A DNA stretch of 64,000 nt, taken from Synechococcus sp. (lineage in GTDB: Bacteria; Cyanobacteriota; Cyanobacteriia; PCC-6307; Cyanobiaceae). Position numbers and translations under genes: made by a program. The stretch spans positions 1,824,001 through 1,888,000 of the forward strand of contig JBJBDL010000003.1 in the NCBI GenBank assembly GCA_047285305.1. The letters run 5' to 3'. Positions 23,162 through 35,178 of the stretch are shown here, piece after piece; positions within the stretch are counted from its first letter, which is position 1, and the number at the start of each line of letters is the position of its first letter. The notes beneath the pieces were generated by a model. That model was given only the letters and a program-made list of their open reading frames with translations. It had not been told where the DNA came from and searched no databases.

Positions 23162-23827
23162 GTGACAGCCTCCGTTCCCGTTAAGCCTGGAAGTGACCTG
23201 CGTGATGACTTCCGTCGCGCCTACGAGAACCGCTACACCTGGGCGCCTGGATTCTCCGGCTATCGCGGCCGCTGCATCTGGCAACAGGGCGATCAACGGG
23301 TCGAGGGCACGTTTGAGGTCGGTGCCGATCTCAAAGCCAAGGTGGAAGGCATTGAAAACGAAGAGATCCTCAAGGGGGTGAATTCCCAGCTCTGGGAAGT
23401 CGCGATCCATCGCGTGCGTCGCAGCTTCGAGCAGACCCACGGTGAGAACACCTTCACCGCCGGTGAAACCAACGAGGTGGGAACCGAAGTGCTCGTCGGT
23501 GGCAAGGGAGCCGGGGACAAGTACCGCATCAAGGATGACGTGGTGACCATGGTTCACCGCCACATCCACGGCACCGTCGTAACGATTTACACCACCGATG
23601 TCACCGACACAGGTGCTGGCTACCTCAGCCACAGCTACACCAGTCAATACGCCGACCCGGAAACGGGAGAAGCCCGGGGCGGCCTCAGCAGCTTCAAAGA
23701 CAGCTTCGCTGCTCTTCCTGGAGATGGCCCCTGGGTGCTGACCGAGCGCGTCGTCACCACCGAAGCCCATGGCGATACCCCGGCCGGAAGCCAGACCTTC
23801 CGTTTTGAAAATCTCGAATCGCTCTGA
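23162..23827 (+). CDS. DUF3386 family protein
   Basis: FRRAYENRYTW, IHRVRRSFEQTHGEN. Confidence 0.8.
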   Translation: MTASVPVKPGSDLRDDFRRAYENRYTWAPGFSGYRGRCIWQQGDQRVEGTFEVGADLKAKVEGIENEEILKGVNSQLWEVAIHRVRRSFEQTHGENTFTAGETNEVGTEVLVGGKGAGDKYRIKDDVVTMVHRHIHGTVVTIYTTDVTDTGAGYLSHSYTSQYADPETGEARGGLSSFKDSFAALPGDGPWVLTERVVTTEAHGDTPAGSQTFRFENLESL

Positions 23828-23883
23828 GTTGATTGCCGGTGCAAGCCGGCTATGAGACCATCCGCCCAAACCTGGTGAAAGGC

Positions 23884-25236
23884 ATGGGCGGAGTCGAATC
23901 GACCATTCAGGCCATCAATGGCCCAATCAACAGCATCGTCTGGGGATGGCCGACCGTCCTTTTGATTGCCGCGACTGGCATTCTCCTGATGGTGGGCCTG
24001 CTGTTCATGCCGCTGCAACGGCTGGGCTATGGCATCTCGATGATGCTTCGGCCGGCTGCATCACAAACGGAAGGGGAGATCACCCCCTTCCAAGCGCTGA
24101 TGACGTCGTTGTCGGCCACGATCGGCACGGGAAACATCGCCGGTGTTGCGGGGGCCATCGCCGTTGGTGGACCTGGTGCCGTCTTTTGGATGTGGATCAT
24201 CGCGATCTTCGGCATCGCAACCAAGTACGCCGAAGCGGTGCTCGCGGTTCAGTTCCGCGAAACCGATGGAGACGGCAACCACGTGGGTGGGCCGATGTAC
24301 TACATCCGCAACGGACTCGGCAGCGGCTGGAGCTGGATGGCGGGCCTGTTTGCCCTCTTCGGCATGTTGGCTGGCTTCGGCATCGGCAATGGGGTTCAGG
24401 CCTTTGAGGTGTCGTCTGCCTTGAGCCTGATCGGCATCCCGAAGCTGGCGACCGGAGTCGTTTTGGCAGCCCTGGTTTTCGCTGTCGTAATCGGGGGCAT
24501 CAAACGCATTGCCCAGGCGGCCTCCGCCATTGTTCCGTTGATGTCGATTCTCTACGTCGCTGCATGCCTTCTAGTGTTGCTGGCAAATCTGGGCAGAGTG
24601 CCTGAAGCCTTCGCCACGATTTTCTCCAACGCCTTCTCCGGTCAAGCCGCAGCGGGTGGTGCCCTCGGTCAGGTGGTGCTGATGGGCTTCAAACGGGGCA
24701 TCTTCTCCAATGAAGCGGGCCTGGGCAGCGCTCCGATCGCCCATGCGGCTGCCAAAACCGATGATCCCGTTCGCCAGGGCACTGTGGCCATGCTGGGCAC
24801 CTTCATCGACACCCTGATCATCTGCACAATGACTGCCCTGGTGATCATCACCACCAAAGCCAATCTGATCCTCGATGGAGCCGGCGACAAGCTCAGCGGC
24901 GCAGACCTATCCATCGCTGCATTCAACACCGGCATCGCCGGTAGCGGTGTGGTGGTCACCCTGGGATTGGTGGTCTTCGCCTTCACCACCATTCTCGGCT
25001 GGAGCTTCTACGGTGAACGTTGCACCACCTACCTGCTAGGTGATTCCGCCGTGGTTCCCTTTCGTCTGACTTGGGTGGCTGTTGTAGTGATTGGTGCTGT
25101 CGCCGGCGACCGCGGAGTGATCTGGTCGATTGCCGACACGCTCAACGGCCTGATGGCTCTCCCCAACCTCGTGGCCTTGATCCTGCTGTCCGGAACCGTG
25201 TTCAAACTCACCAAGGCCTACAGCTTCAGCGACTGA
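23884..25236 (+). CDS. Sodium:alanine/glycine symporter (AGCS family)
   Basis: TIGTGNIAGV, GGPGAVFWMW, GGPMYY, RGIFSNEAGLGS. Confidence 0.95.
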   Translation: MGGVESTIQAINGPINSIVWGWPTVLLIAATGILLMVGLLFMPLQRLGYGISMMLRPAASQTEGEITPFQALMTSLSATIGTGNIAGVAGAIAVGGPGAVFWMWIIAIFGIATKYAEAVLAVQFRETDGDGNHVGGPMYYIRNGLGSGWSWMAGLFALFGMLAGFGIGNGVQAFEVSSALSLIGIPKLATGVVLAALVFAVVIGGIKRIAQAASAIVPLMSILYVAACLLVLLANLGRVPEAFATIFSNAFSGQAAAGGALGQVVLMGFKRGIFSNEAGLGSAPIAHAAAKTDDPVRQGTVAMLGTFIDTLIICTMTALVIITTKANLILDGAGDKLSGADLSIAAFNTGIAGSGVVVTLGLVVFAFTTILGWSFYGERCTTYLLGDSAVVPFRLTWVAVVVIGAVAGDRGVIWSIADTLNGLMALPNLVALILLSGTVFKLTKAYSFSD

Positions 25237-25249
25237 GCACAACGACAAG

Positions 25250-25290
25250 CAACAAAAAAAGGGGGCTCAACAGCCCCCTTTTTTTGTTGT
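25250..25290. terminator. Bidirectional terminator
   Basis: A-run-GGGGGCT...AGCCCCC-T-run between convergent genes. Confidence 0.9.
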
Positions 25291-25297
25291 CAGGCGA

Positions 25298-25531
25298 TCA
25301 ACCCTGATCGGGCAATGGAGTGACGGACTTGAGCTTTTCATTGAGCTGTGTGGCCAAGCTCTGACGACCCACCGCCAGAACCTTGAGGGTGTCTTCGTGC
25401 ATCCGCAGTTGAGCATCAGCAACCTGCATGCCACGCACAAGCTCCTTGAGCTCATCAGGAAGCATATTGAGGTCGTAGCGCTTGCCCTCAAAGGTCAAGA
25501 CAGGGTTGTTAGCTGCAGAGTCAGTCATCAT
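25298..25531 (-). CDS. Small conserved protein (DUF6447-like)
   Basis: LTFEGKRYDLN.LPDE.KEL; coiled-coil. Confidence 0.7.
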   Translation of the reverse strand: MMTDSAANNPVLTFEGKRYDLNMLPDELKELVRGMQVADAQLRMHEDTLKVLAVGRQSLATQLNEKLKSVTPLPDQG

Positions 25532-25577
25532 TCATCGCCGGGATGGCGGTGTACCGGCGGCCAGATCGTAGAGGGAT

Positions 25578-27323
25578 TCAGGACTTCTGCCGATCTCGAA
25601 TGAACTGCCGTTCGCACAATTCGCGATAACGCCCACCACGCTGCATCAATTCGTCGTGGGTTCCTCGATCGACAACCGCTCCTTGTTCAAGAACCACGAT
25701 GCGATCAGCCTCCTGCACCGTGGCCAAACGGTGAGCAATCACCAACACGGTTCGTCCCTTCATCGCCTGCTTCAGTCCGAGTTGTACCGCCGCCTCAGCT
25801 TCAGCATCAAGGGCACTGGTGGCTTCATCCAGCAGCAAAAGCGCTGGATTGCCAAGCACCGCCCGGGCAATGGCAATCCGCTGCAGTTGGCCACCGGAAA
25901 TGTTGGTTCCCCGTTCTTCGAGCTGGGTGTCATACCCCTGGGGCAAGGCACGGATGAAATCATCCGCATTGGCCAAGCGTGCCGCATCGCGCACCTCGTC
26001 GTCCGTCGCACGACGGCCAAACCGAATCGCTTCAGCAATAGTTCCGGAAAACACGGTTGTGCGCTGAGGGACCAGGGCCACCTGCTGACGAAGCTCACGG
26101 GCTCGCATCAGGCTGATATCAGTGCCGTCGAGACGGATCTCGCCCTTTTGCACCGTGTTGAACCGGAGCAGGAGCGACAGCAGGGTGCTTTTGCCCGCAC
26201 CGGAGGGGCCAACAATGGCGAGCACCTGGCCCGCATCCACCCGCAGATTCAGCTGATGCAGCACCGGCTGGACTGGGTCATAGCCAAAGCTCACCTGATC
26301 AAAGACCAGATCACCCTGGAGAGCACCGATGGCTTGCGCCTCAGCTGGATCCGCAGCCTCCTGAGGCTCTCGCTCAATCTCCCGCAGACGTCGCAGCGAT
26401 GCCTGACCCTGCTGAAATTCGTTGAAGTTGTTGGTGACGTGGGCAATGGGATCGATCAGAACGATCAGCCCGGTCAGGTAGCTGCTGAGCCCGGCAATGC
26501 TGAGATCACCGCTCTGGATCCGCCAGGCTCCGAGGACCAGCACTGCAAACAGACCCACTACCTCGATGGTGCCAACCACCGGATGCTGGAGCGCCACAAG
26601 GCTGTAGGTGCGGTGGCGTGCCTGCCGATGTTGGTCGATTTCCGTCTCGAAACGGTCCTGCAGCCAGGGCTCGGCGGCAAAAGCACGCACCAGTGGCAAA
26701 CCTTCGATGGCCTCACCCAACAGACCGGCCAGTTCACTCACCTTTTTCTGACTGCGTTCCGTGGCCGCCATCACGCGAGCACCAAAAAGGCTGATCAGCC
26801 AGACGATCACCGGCGCCAGCAACAGGATGGCCAGCGTCAGTTTCCAGTCGAGCCAGAGCATCATTCCAAGCACCGCAACGAGCTGAAGCACGCTGGGGAC
26901 CGTGTCGTGGATGGTCTTGTAAAGAACCTCGCTGACGCGATCGGCGTCTTCGGTGAAGCGGTAGGTGAGATCACCGGCCGAAAGCTTCTCCAGCGCCCCC
27001 AGCTCCACGGTCTGCAGGCGGCGGAACAGATCACGCCGTAAGTCCTGGCTCACCAGCAATGCAGGCCCTGCAAGAAGAGAGTCCTGACCGAACTGGGCGA
27101 TCTTCTGAACAGCAAAGATCAGCAACGCCAGCCCAATCAGCTGAAGCACGCGAGCCAGATCACCCGAGCCCAGCGCGGGAAACAAATCTCCGGCCAGCTG
27201 CACGAGCAGCGGAAAGCTGCCCACGTAAATCAACATGCAGCAGCCACCCCAAAGCAGTTCCCGCAGGTAGGGGCGAAGCAACGGCAGCAGCCGGCGAAAT
27301 CCGGCCTGGGGTGGGGTCAGCAT
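25578..27323 (-). CDS. ABC exporter, fused permease/ATPase (MsbA-like)
   Basis: TM domain plus GPSGAGKST, ISGGQLQR, LDEATSALD. Confidence 0.93.
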   Translation of the reverse strand: MLTPPQAGFRRLLPLLRPYLRELLWGGCCMLIYVGSFPLLVQLAGDLFPALGSGDLARVLQLIGLALLIFAVQKIAQFGQDSLLAGPALLVSQDLRRDLFRRLQTVELGALEKLSAGDLTYRFTEDADRVSEVLYKTIHDTVPSVLQLVAVLGMMLWLDWKLTLAILLLAPVIVWLISLFGARVMAATERSQKKVSELAGLLGEAIEGLPLVRAFAAEPWLQDRFETEIDQHRQARHRTYSLVALQHPVVGTIEVVGLFAVLVLGAWRIQSGDLSIAGLSSYLTGLIVLIDPIAHVTNNFNEFQQGQASLRRLREIEREPQEAADPAEAQAIGALQGDLVFDQVSFGYDPVQPVLHQLNLRVDAGQVLAIVGPSGAGKSTLLSLLLRFNTVQKGEIRLDGTDISLMRARELRQQVALVPQRTTVFSGTIAEAIRFGRRATDDEVRDAARLANADDFIRALPQGYDTQLEERGTNISGGQLQRIAIARAVLGNPALLLLDEATSALDAEAEAAVQLGLKQAMKGRTVLVIAHRLATVQEADRIVVLEQGAVVDRGTHDELMQRGGRYRELCERQFIRDRQKS

Positions 27324-27362
27324 CGCGGCACAGTATCAATGGTGAGCTCAAAACTCTGCCCA

Positions 27363-27560
27363 ATGAAGCTGGATCAGTTCCTGAAATGGAAGGGTTGGGT
27401 CTCCACCGGCGGTGAAGCGAAGCAACGCATCCAGATGGGTGAAGTGGAGGTCAACGGAAGCGTTGAAACCCGGCGGGGACGTCAGCTTTCCCCGGGAGAT
27501 CGGGTTGTGCTTGCTGGGGAGGAGTCCGTTGTCGGCAGCGAAAACGCGACCGGGCCGTAA
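27363..27560 (+). CDS. S4-domain RNA-binding protein (YbcJ/YaaA-like)
   Basis: MKLDQFLK...[23 protein letters not shown]. Confidence 0.9.
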   Translation: MKLDQFLKWKGWVSTGGEAKQRIQMGEVEVNGSVETRRGRQLSPGDRVVLAGEESVVGSENATGP

Positions 27561-27592
27561 GTTGGCTGCCACATTCCATGGGGAAGCAAGGC

Positions 27593-28324
27593 GTGCGAAG
27601 ACCGGTGATCGCTGGCAACTGGAAGATGCACATGACCTGTGCCCAGTCGCGGGAGTTCATGGAAGCCTTCCTGCCATTGATTGCTGACACCCCGGACGAC
27701 CGCGACCTTGTTCTGGCACCACCATTCACGGCGCTGTCGACCATGGCGGAACTCAGCCAGAACTCCCGTGTCTGCCTGTCGAGCCAGAACGTGCACTGGG
27801 AAGGCCAGGGAGCCTTCACCGGGGAGATCTCCCCAGCCATGCTCAAGGAGCACGGGGTGACCCACACGATTGTGGGCCACAGCGAACCGCGGAAATACTT
27901 CAGTGAAAGCGACGAACAGATCAACCACCGGGCCCGCTCCTCACAATCAAACGGTCTGATTCCGATCGTTTGCGTTGGCGAAAGCGATGAGCAGCGCGAG
28001 AGGGGCGAAGCTGAACGGGTGATCCGCCGTCAGATCGAGCAGGGCCTGGAGGGTCTCGATGCCGAGAAATTGGTGGTGGCCTACGAACCGATCTGGGCGA
28101 TTGGCACAGGCAAGACCTGCGCAGCCGAAGAAGCCAACCGCATCTGTGGTCTGATCCGAAGCTGGGTGGGCTCCCCCGATCTGGTGATTCAGTACGGCGG
28201 TTCCGTCAAACCCGGCAACATTGATGAATTGATGGGCATGAGCGATATCGACGGGGTGCTGGTGGGGGGTGCTTCCTTGGAGCCCGAAAGCTTTGGACGG
28301 ATTGCTAACTACCAAACGGCTTGA
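27593..28324 (+). CDS. tpiA: Triosephosphate isomerase
   Basis: [34 protein letters not shown]. Confidence 0.98.
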   Translation: MRRPVIAGNWKMHMTCAQSREFMEAFLPLIADTPDDRDLVLAPPFTALSTMAELSQNSRVCLSSQNVHWEGQGAFTGEISPAMLKEHGVTHTIVGHSEPRKYFSESDEQINHRARSSQSNGLIPIVCVGESDEQRERGEAERVIRRQIEQGLEGLDAEKLVVAYEPIWAIGTGKTCAAEEANRICGLIRSWVGSPDLVIQYGGSVKPGNIDELMGMSDIDGVLVGGASLEPESFGRIANYQTA

Positions 28325-29147
28325 TTCAGGCGGCTGGCCCCAGGGTTGGGGCCAACGCACAGCCGTGATGGGGGTGATCAACGTCACCCCGGATTCCTTC
28401 AGCGATGGAGGGAGATTTTTGGCTAGAGAACGGGCCCTTGCCGAAGCTCAGCGGCAGCTGAGCAGTGGTGCAGACGTGTTGGATCTCGGGGCGCAAAGCA
28501 CCCGACCTGGAGCGGAGGAGGTGGGCGCCGAAGAGGAGTTGCGGCGGCTCCTTCCAGCGCTAAGGAGCATCCGGCAGCACTGCCCAGAGGCTTTGATCTC
28601 CATCGACACGTTTCTGGCGCCGGTGGCCGCCAAAGCACTGGAAGCAGGGGCCAACTGGATCAATGATGTGAGCGGTGGCCGGCGGGATCCCGATCTACTC
28701 CGGGTGGTCGCCGATGCGGCATGTCCGGTGGTTCTGATGCACAGTCGCGGTGACAGCCAAACCATGGATCAGCTCACGACCTATGCCGATGTCGTGGCAG
28801 ATGTGAAAGAGGCGTTGCTGGAGCGCAGTGAAGCTGCGATTCAAGCCGGCGTTGATGAAAGCCAAATTATCTGGGATCCGGGTCTCGGCTTTGCCAAGAC
28901 CCACGAGCAGAACCTGCAGCTGCTGCGCGATCTGGAACAACTCACTGCAGGACCGCGACCGGTGCTGATCGGCCCTTCACGCAAACGCTTCATCGGCGCC
29001 GTGCTTGATGAGCCAAGGCCAAAAGCGCGTCTCTGGGGAACAGCTGCCGTGGCCTGCCGCTGTGCCCAGGCGGGTGCTGCCGTGCTGCGGGTGCACGATG
29101 TGGGCCCCATCAGCCAGACGCTGCGGATGGCGGCTGCACTCTGGTGA
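28302..29147 (+). CDS. folP: Dihydropteroate synthase
   Basis: [37 protein letters not shown]; start uncertain. Confidence 0.96.
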   Translation: MLTTKRLDSGGWPQGWGQRTAVMGVINVTPDSFSDGGRFLARERALAEAQRQLSSGADVLDLGAQSTRPGAEEVGAEEELRRLLPALRSIRQHCPEALISIDTFLAPVAAKALEAGANWINDVSGGRRDPDLLRVVADAACPVVLMHSRGDSQTMDQLTTYADVVADVKEALLERSEAAIQAGVDESQIIWDPGLGFAKTHEQNLQLLRDLEQLTAGPRPVLIGPSRKRFIGAVLDEPRPKARLWGTAAVACRCAQAGAAVLRVHDVGPISQTLRMAAALW

Positions 29148-30127
29148 GCTCCACGATCTTTGTTCAGATCGCGGCATACAGGGATCCGGATCTCCCAGCC
29201 ACACTGCAGAACCTGATTCAGCGGGCAGCCCAGCCAGAGCGCCTGCGCTTCGGCATCTGCCTGCAACTGGCGGCTGATGACCCGCCCCACTGGGGAACAA
29301 GCGCATTTCCGGATCATCCACACCTGAAGAGCATCACGTTCGATGCAGCGGAAAGCCGCGGAGCCTGCTGGGCCCGACGACAGGCTCAGGGTATTTACGG
29401 CGGGGAAGACTTTCTGCTGCAGATCGACAGCCACATGCGTGCTGTGGAGTACTGGGATGACCTGTTGCTGACGACCTGGAAGGAATGCAGCGATGAGCGT
29501 GCCGTTCTCAGTGTTTACCCAAACGGCTTTCAACAGCCGTGCCATTTGCAGACATCAACCCTGCCTGTGATGGCAGCCGCCGATTTCGATGCCTACGGAA
29601 TCCTCAAGCTGCGCGGCATCAGCCGATTCCAACTTCCAGAAGAACAACCTGATCGACCCATCCCCGGGGCGTTTATCGCCGGAGGCTTCCTGTTCGGCAC
29701 GGGCTCAATCGTGAACGAAGTGCCCTACGACCCGGAGCTCTACTTCTATGGAGAAGAGATTGCCATGTCGGCACGACTGTGGACTTCTGGTTTCAACATC
29801 TACGCCCCGAATCGCCTGCTTCTGTTTCATCTCTATAAGACAGAACATACAGATCAAAAGCATGCAGCCACCCATTGGGGCGATCACAGCAATTGGAACC
29901 ATTACAACCTTCGTGCACTCAAACGTATACACACACTACTCGGCAGTCTTAACAACGCACCGGCATCAATCCGCCGCTTGAATGATGAGAATTGCGAACT
30001 TAAACGCTTTGGATTAGGGAATAAACGTAGCCTGACTATGTATCAACAGTGGGCTGGAATTGATTTCAAAACGGCAGAGATCAGCCAAGCCTCAAGACAT
30101 GCAGAATTCAAGACTCTGAAAGCCTGA
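29144..30127 (+). CDS. GT60-like (Skp1 Gnt1-type) N-acetylglucosaminyltransferase
   Basis: IFVQIAAYRDP, SRGACWAR, LQIDSHMR, AGGFLF, EVPYDP.LYFYGEE, RLWTSG. Confidence 0.75.
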   Translation: MSSTIFVQIAAYRDPDLPATLQNLIQRAAQPERLRFGICLQLAADDPPHWGTSAFPDHPHLKSITFDAAESRGACWARRQAQGIYGGEDFLLQIDSHMRAVEYWDDLLLTTWKECSDERAVLSVYPNGFQQPCHLQTSTLPVMAAADFDAYGILKLRGISRFQLPEEQPDRPIPGAFIAGGFLFGTGSIVNEVPYDPELYFYGEEIAMSARLWTSGFNIYAPNRLLLFHLYKTEHTDQKHAATHWGDHSNWNHYNLRALKRIHTLLGSLNNAPASIRRLNDENCELKRFGLGNKRSLTMYQQWAGIDFKTAEISQASRHAEFKTLKA

Positions 30128-30151
30128 GTGCACATCATTCATCGCCAATAG

Positions 30152-30184
30152 AAAAGCCAGAGTCCGGCAGGAACTCTGGCTTTA
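30152..30184. terminator. Bidirectional terminator
   Basis: AAAGCCAGAGT...ACTCTGGCTTT hairpin between convergent genes. Confidence 0.8.
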
Positions 30185-30206
30185 TTGTTCAACACTTTGT
30201 CGACAA

Positions 30207-33200
30207 TCAGTCGGTGACAACACCTTCAATCCGATCCTCAACCTCCTGGTAAAGCTCTTGCAGCTGCTCGATGTTTTCATCCGAGGTCTCCCAGTATCCG
30301 CGACCATGCACCTCAAGCAGTGTGCCCACGATCTGACGGAAGCTGTTGGGATTGAGTTCCATCAGACGCTTGCGCATCTCGGGATCGTTGATGAAGGTTT
30401 CATTGGCTTCTTCGTAGACGAAGTTGTCAACGGCACCGCTGGTGGCACTCCAACCCAGCGTGAAGTTGAGGCGCTTGGCCACCTCACGCACACCCTCGTA
30501 ACCGGAGTCGAGCATGCCTTCGTACCACTTGGGATTCAGCAGCTTGGTGCGTGAATCCAGGCGGATCGTTTCACTCAGCGAACGCACCTGCGCGTTGGCC
30601 GTGGTGGTGTCGGCGATGTAGCTGGTGGGAGCTTTGCCGTCATCACGCAGGCCAGCGATCAACTTGGTGGGGTCGGAGTCGAAGTAGTGGCTCACATCGG
30701 TAAGGGAGATCTCAGCCGAATCGAGGTTCTGGAAGGTGACATCCGCCGTCTTCATCACGTTCTCGAACACCTCCCGCTTCTGGTTCATCTCACCAGGGTT
30801 GTCGGCATTGAAGGCGAAGGTCTTGCGGGAGAGGTACATCTCCTGCAGCTCACCTTCCTCCTCCCAGGTGCTGTTCTCCACCGCGAGGTTCACGTTGGAG
30901 CTGTAGCTGCCGCTGGCGTTGGAGAACACCCGGCAAGCCGCATCCCGCAAGCTCGTGCCTTCTTGCTCCGCCTGCTCGAGGGCGTGCTTGCGAACGAAGT
31001 TTTGCTCCAGAGGCTCATCTGCCTCGGCAGCCATCTTCACGGCCTGATCGATCAGCGCCATCTGGTTGATGAACAGATCGCGGAACACACCGGAGCAGTT
31101 CACCACCACATCAACGCGGGGGCGACCGAGTTCTTCAAGGGGAATCAGCTCAAGCTTGTTCACCCGACCCACGGAGTCAGGCATCGGCTTGACGCCAACG
31201 AACCAGAGGATCTGAGCCAGGGATTCGCCGTAGGTCTTGATGTTGTCGGTTCCCCAGAGCACGCAGGCAATGGTTTCGGGCCAGGTGCCCTGCTCCTCGC
31301 GCTGACGCTCAATCAACTTGTCGACAACACTTTTGGCTGCAGCCACCGCTGCACGGGTGGGAATCGCCTGCGGGTCGAGGGCGTGGATGTTCTTGCCGCT
31401 GGGCAGCACACCAGGATTCCGAATGGGATCACCACCGGGGCCTGGAAGGATGTATTCACCATCGAGAGCCTTCAGCAGACTCTCCATCTCCATGTCGGCA
31501 CACACCTGCTCTAGGCAGAAGCGCAGATAGGAAAAGAGCTTGTCGAGCTCGGTGGCATCGATCTGCACAAAGCCAGCAATGCAGCAGGCCCGCAGCCAAG
31601 GCGAGGGAAGCTTGAAGCCAAACTTGGCCAGCAGGTCGTAGAACCAACCGAAGCTGTTGCGCAGGCTGACCCGACCGTCACGGCCGGTGAGCGTGCGAAC
31701 CATGGCGCCAATGGCAGCACGGGATGTCTCCGTGATCGTGCGGTTGAGCTCTACATCGGCGAGTACGCCCTCGTCGTTGCCTTTGTAGATGTCTTCGATC
31801 GAGCGGCCCATCGCCTCAGCCAGCAGGCCGGGGAGTGAGCGCAGCCCATCCTCCTCTCGCTCGAGAGCAGCGATGTTCACTAAGGTGGCAACGGCTTCCT
31901 CTGCGGTGGGAGGCTTGCCAATAGTGTGAAGGCCGCACGGAAGGAGACGGCTTTCGATCTCCATCAACTGGCGGTAGACGGCACCCACCAGGGCATCACG
32001 TCCCTCCAGTTCGAGGGTCGAGGCATCTTCCTCAGGAAGGTCGACATCCTTATCGAGGTTGCACTGACGTGCCGTCTCAATGATCGTGTTGACGATCTGA
32101 ATCCCGCGGCCACCCTCACGCAGCTGCTGGTAGGACCCCACCAACTCACCCAGTTCCTTCAGACCCTTGTAAAGGCCGGCATTTTCAGCCGGAGGGGTGA
32201 GGTAGCTGATGGTGGATGCATAACCCCGCCGCTTGGCGATGGTGGCCTCGGAGGGGTTATTGGCGGCGTAGTAATAAAGATTGGGCAGCGCACCGATCAG
32301 AGAATCGGGATAGCAGGTTTCGCTCATGCCCATCTGCTTGCCGGGCATGAACTCGAGGGAGCCGTGGGTGCCGAAGTGCAGCACCGCATCAGCTTTCCAG
32401 ATCTTCTGGAGATAGGTGTAGTACGCGGCGAAGCCGTGGTGGGGGCTGGCGCTGCGGGAATAGAGCAGGCGCATCGGATCACCCTCGTAGCCGAAGGTGG
32501 GCTGAACGCCAACGAAAACGTTGCCGAAGTGGCGACCGAAAACCAGAAGGTTCTGGCCATCGCTGTTGAGGTTGCCGGGGGGCTTGCCCCAGTTCTCTTC
32601 GAGCCGTTCGGAATACGGCGTCAGACGCTCGTACTCCTCAACGCTCATCCGATGGGCTACCGACAGCTCCGGAGAGCCCTGCATGGCATCGGCGTCGTTG
32701 ATGACAGCCTCCAAAAGATCTCGTGGCGTGGAAGGCAGGTCCTGCACGTCGTAGCCCTTCGCCTTCATCTCCTGCATCACCCGATGGATGGAGCCAAAAA
32801 CGTCGAGGTAAGCCGCCGTACCGACATTGCCCTTGTCAGGAGGGAAGCTGAACACGGTGATCGCCAGCTTCTTTTCGTTGCGCGGCTTGATCCGCAGCGA
32901 TGACCAGCGGATGGCCCGCTCAGCGATGGCATCAACCCGGTCTTGAAGGGTGTGAGCCTTGCCAGTGGCATCGTCGCGACCCGAGAGAACGATGGGCTCA
33001 ATGGCGCCATCCAGTTCCGGAATGGCAATCTGCAGAGCCACCTGAACCGGGTGCAGGCCAAGGTCGCTTTGTTCCCACTCTTGGGTGGTCTGGAAGACAA
33101 GGGGAAGAGCAACCATGTAAGGGCGGTTGAGCTTCTTCAAAGACTCAATCGCCTTGGGGTGGTCCTGACGGGCAGGGCCTCCAACAAGCGCAAAACCTGT

Positions 33201-34217
33201 GAGGGAGACAATGCCGTCCACCAAGGGCTGCTCAGGATTCAGAGGGTCATAGAAGAAAGCGTTGACCGGCTTGGAGAAGTCGAGCCCGCCGCAGAAGATC
33301 GGAATCACGCGAGCTCCACGGAACTCCATCTCCTGGATGGTGGCCACGTAATGGGCATCATCACCGGTAACGATGTGGCTGCGCTGAAGCACCAAGCCGA
33401 TCACCGGCCCTTTGCGGGCTTCCTCCGAGAGGTCGGTGCGGCTGGAGGTCCAGTTCAAATATTCTTTGAGGTCCTCGAACATCGAGGGAGCCAGGGGGTG
33501 CCAGATTCCAAGGTCGGGGAACACTTCAGGCTCAGCCACCTCCATTGCTGGCCGTTCCTCGCCTTCTGCAGCTGGGAAGACGTACTTATCCGCAAGCATC
33601 AACAGGAAGTTGCGCAGGTTGTCGGGGGTACCGCCCAACCAGTACTGGAAGCTGAGCATGAAACTGCGGGCATCCTGCGCCTTTTCAACGGGCAGGTATT
33701 TGAGAACGGTGGGCAGCGTGTTCAGCAGCTTGAGCATCGCGTCCTGGAAACCAGCTCCTCCGGCTTCCTTCCGCTTTTTCATGAAGCCTGCGATGGCGCT
33801 CTTGCTCTGACCGAGCTGGGCCATCGAGAAGCTGCCCAGCTTGTTCAGCCGCATCACTTCAGGCATGGAGGGGAAGACCACAGCCGCCTTGAGCCGGTCG
33901 CGGTGCGGGGCAACGGCGTCCACAACCTTCTGAGCCAGATCCTCAATAAAGATCAAGGATGCGACGAAGACATCAGCCTCAGCCACATCGGCGCAGAAGC
34001 CGGCGTAGTTGTCATCGTCGCGGAGCTCTTCGATCAGATAGCCGCTCAGCTCGATCCCAAGATCCCCCCCGGAGGCATTGAGAGCCGTGGCTGCCTGGGT
34101 GAGGGCGTTTTGGTACTGGGGCTCCAGCACCACATAAACCGCCTTCATCACGGATTTGTGATTTTGGCCCTCCACAGGAGCAACGCGGCGATCGGCGGAG
34201 CGGACCTGTGTGAACAT
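30207..34217 (-). CDS. chlH: Magnesium chelatase subunit H
   Basis: 1336 aa; [39 protein letters not shown]. Confidence 0.98.
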   Translation of the reverse strand: MFTQVRSADRRVAPVEGQNHKSVMKAVYVVLEPQYQNALTQAATALNASGGDLGIELSGYLIEELRDDDNYAGFCADVAEADVFVASLIFIEDLAQKVVDAVAPHRDRLKAAVVFPSMPEVMRLNKLGSFSMAQLGQSKSAIAGFMKKRKEAGGAGFQDAMLKLLNTLPTVLKYLPVEKAQDARSFMLSFQYWLGGTPDNLRNFLLMLADKYVFPAAEGEERPAMEVAEPEVFPDLGIWHPLAPSMFEDLKEYLNWTSSRTDLSEEARKGPVIGLVLQRSHIVTGDDAHYVATIQEMEFRGARVIPIFCGGLDFSKPVNAFFYDPLNPEQPLVDGIVSLTGFALVGGPARQDHPKAIESLKKLNRPYMVALPLVFQTTQEWEQSDLGLHPVQVALQIAIPELDGAIEPIVLSGRDDATGKAHTLQDRVDAIAERAIRWSSLRIKPRNEKKLAITVFSFPPDKGNVGTAAYLDVFGSIHRVMQEMKAKGYDVQDLPSTPRDLLEAVINDADAMQGSPELSVAHRMSVEEYERLTPYSERLEENWGKPPGNLNSDGQNLLVFGRHFGNVFVGVQPTFGYEGDPMRLLYSRSASPHHGFAAYYTYLQKIWKADAVLHFGTHGSLEFMPGKQMGMSETCYPDSLIGALPNLYYYAANNPSEATIAKRRGYASTISYLTPPAENAGLYKGLKELGELVGSYQQLREGGRGIQIVNTIIETARQCNLDKDVDLPEEDASTLELEGRDALVGAVYRQLMEIESRLLPCGLHTIGKPPTAEEAVATLVNIAALEREEDGLRSLPGLLAEAMGRSIEDIYKGNDEGVLADVELNRTITETSRAAIGAMVRTLTGRDGRVSLRNSFGWFYDLLAKFGFKLPSPWLRACCIAGFVQIDATELDKLFSYLRFCLEQVCADMEMESLLKALDGEYILPGPGGDPIRNPGVLPSGKNIHALDPQAIPTRAAVAAAKSVVDKLIERQREEQGTWPETIACVLWGTDNIKTYGESLAQILWFVGVKPMPDSVGRVNKLELIPLEELGRPRVDVVVNCSGVFRDLFINQMALIDQAVKMAAEADEPLEQNFVRKHALEQAEQEGTSLRDAACRVFSNASGSYSSNVNLAVENSTWEEEGELQEMYLSRKTFAFNADNPGEMNQKREVFENVMKTADVTFQNLDSAEISLTDVSHYFDSDPTKLIAGLRDDGKAPTSYIADTTTANAQVRSLSETIRLDSRTKLLNPKWYEGMLDSGYEGVREVAKRLNFTLGWSATSGAVDNFVYEEANETFINDPEMRKRLMELNPNSFRQIVGTLLEVHGRGYWETSDENIEQLQELYQEVEDRIEGVVTD

Positions 34218-34334
34218 CAGCGCGCTTTGAGCAATGTGAAGAACCTTACGGCGACTGGCCCTGAGGACGCGAGGATTTCTGATCGGCCGTTACACGAGCC
34301 GACCCATAGGCTTTGAAGCGTCTGCTGCGCTTTC

Positions 34335-35168
34335 ATGACCGCTCCGATTCCCGTCGTTGTTGCCGGTGCCTTGGGGCGCATGGGTGCCGAGGTGATCAAG
34401 GCTGTAGTGGGAGCCGAAGACTGCAGCCTGGTTGGCGCCATCGACAACACTCCTGGCAAAGAGGGGGCAGACGTGGGTCTGGAGCTGGGCCTGGGCGAGC
34501 TGGAGGTAGCCGTGACGGCTGATTTCGAAGGCTGTCTCTGCGCCGTGAGCCAATCAGTGCGGGACAGCGGCAGCGGCGCCGTGTTGGTGGATTTCACCCA
34601 CCCTTCTGTTGTTTATGAACACACCCGTGCGGCGATCGCCTACGGCGTTCACCCCGTGATCGGAACCACAGGACTCTCGCCTGAACAACTCAACGACCTC
34701 ACCGAGTTCTCGGCCAAAGCGTCCGTGGGTGGGGCCGTGATCCCCAATTTTTCTGTGGGCATGGTGCTGTTGCAGCAAGCCGCAGCAGTGGCGGCACGGT
34801 TCTACGACCACGCAGAACTGACGGAGTTGCACCACAACCGCAAGGCGGACGCTCCCAGCGGCACCTGTATCAAAACCGCTGAGCTGATGGAGGAGCTGGG
34901 CAAGAGCTTCAATCCCGAGGAAGTGGAGGAGCACGAATCCCTGGCGGGTTGCCGCGGGGGACAGCGGGACAGCGGCCTGCGGCTGCACTCCGTGCGGCTG
35001 CCGGGCATGGTGGCTCACCAGGAAGTGATGTTCGGTGCTCCCGGGGAGACCTATACCCTGCGTCACGACACCATTGACCGTTCCGCCTACATGCCAGGGG
35101 TGCTGCTCACGGTGCGCAAAGTGGGCAACCTCGGCAGCCTTGTGTATGGCCTTGAGCGGCTGATCTGA
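34335..35168 (+). CDS. dapB: 4-hydroxy-tetrahydrodipicolinate reductase
   Basis: [29 protein letters not shown]. Confidence 0.97.
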   Translation: MTAPIPVVVAGALGRMGAEVIKAVVGAEDCSLVGAIDNTPGKEGADVGLELGLGELEVAVTADFEGCLCAVSQSVRDSGSGAVLVDFTHPSVVYEHTRAAIAYGVHPVIGTTGLSPEQLNDLTEFSAKASVGGAVIPNFSVGMVLLQQAAAVAARFYDHAELTELHHNRKADAPSGTCIKTAELMEELGKSFNPEEVEEHESLAGCRGGQRDSGLRLHSVRLPGMVAHQEVMFGAPGETYTLRHDTIDRSAYMPGVLLTVRKVGNLGSLVYGLERLI

Positions 35169-35178
35169 AGGCGACACC

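Noticed and set aside
23828..23883. Glycine riboswitch before the alanine/glycine symporter
   Set aside because: The spacer is only ~56 bp and shows no aptamer motif.
25656..27041. 461-aa + strand ORF, and similar long ORFs such as 32943-34316, 31926-32903 and 10966-11787
   Set aside because: Antisense shadows of well-supported genes, expected in GC-rich coding DNA.
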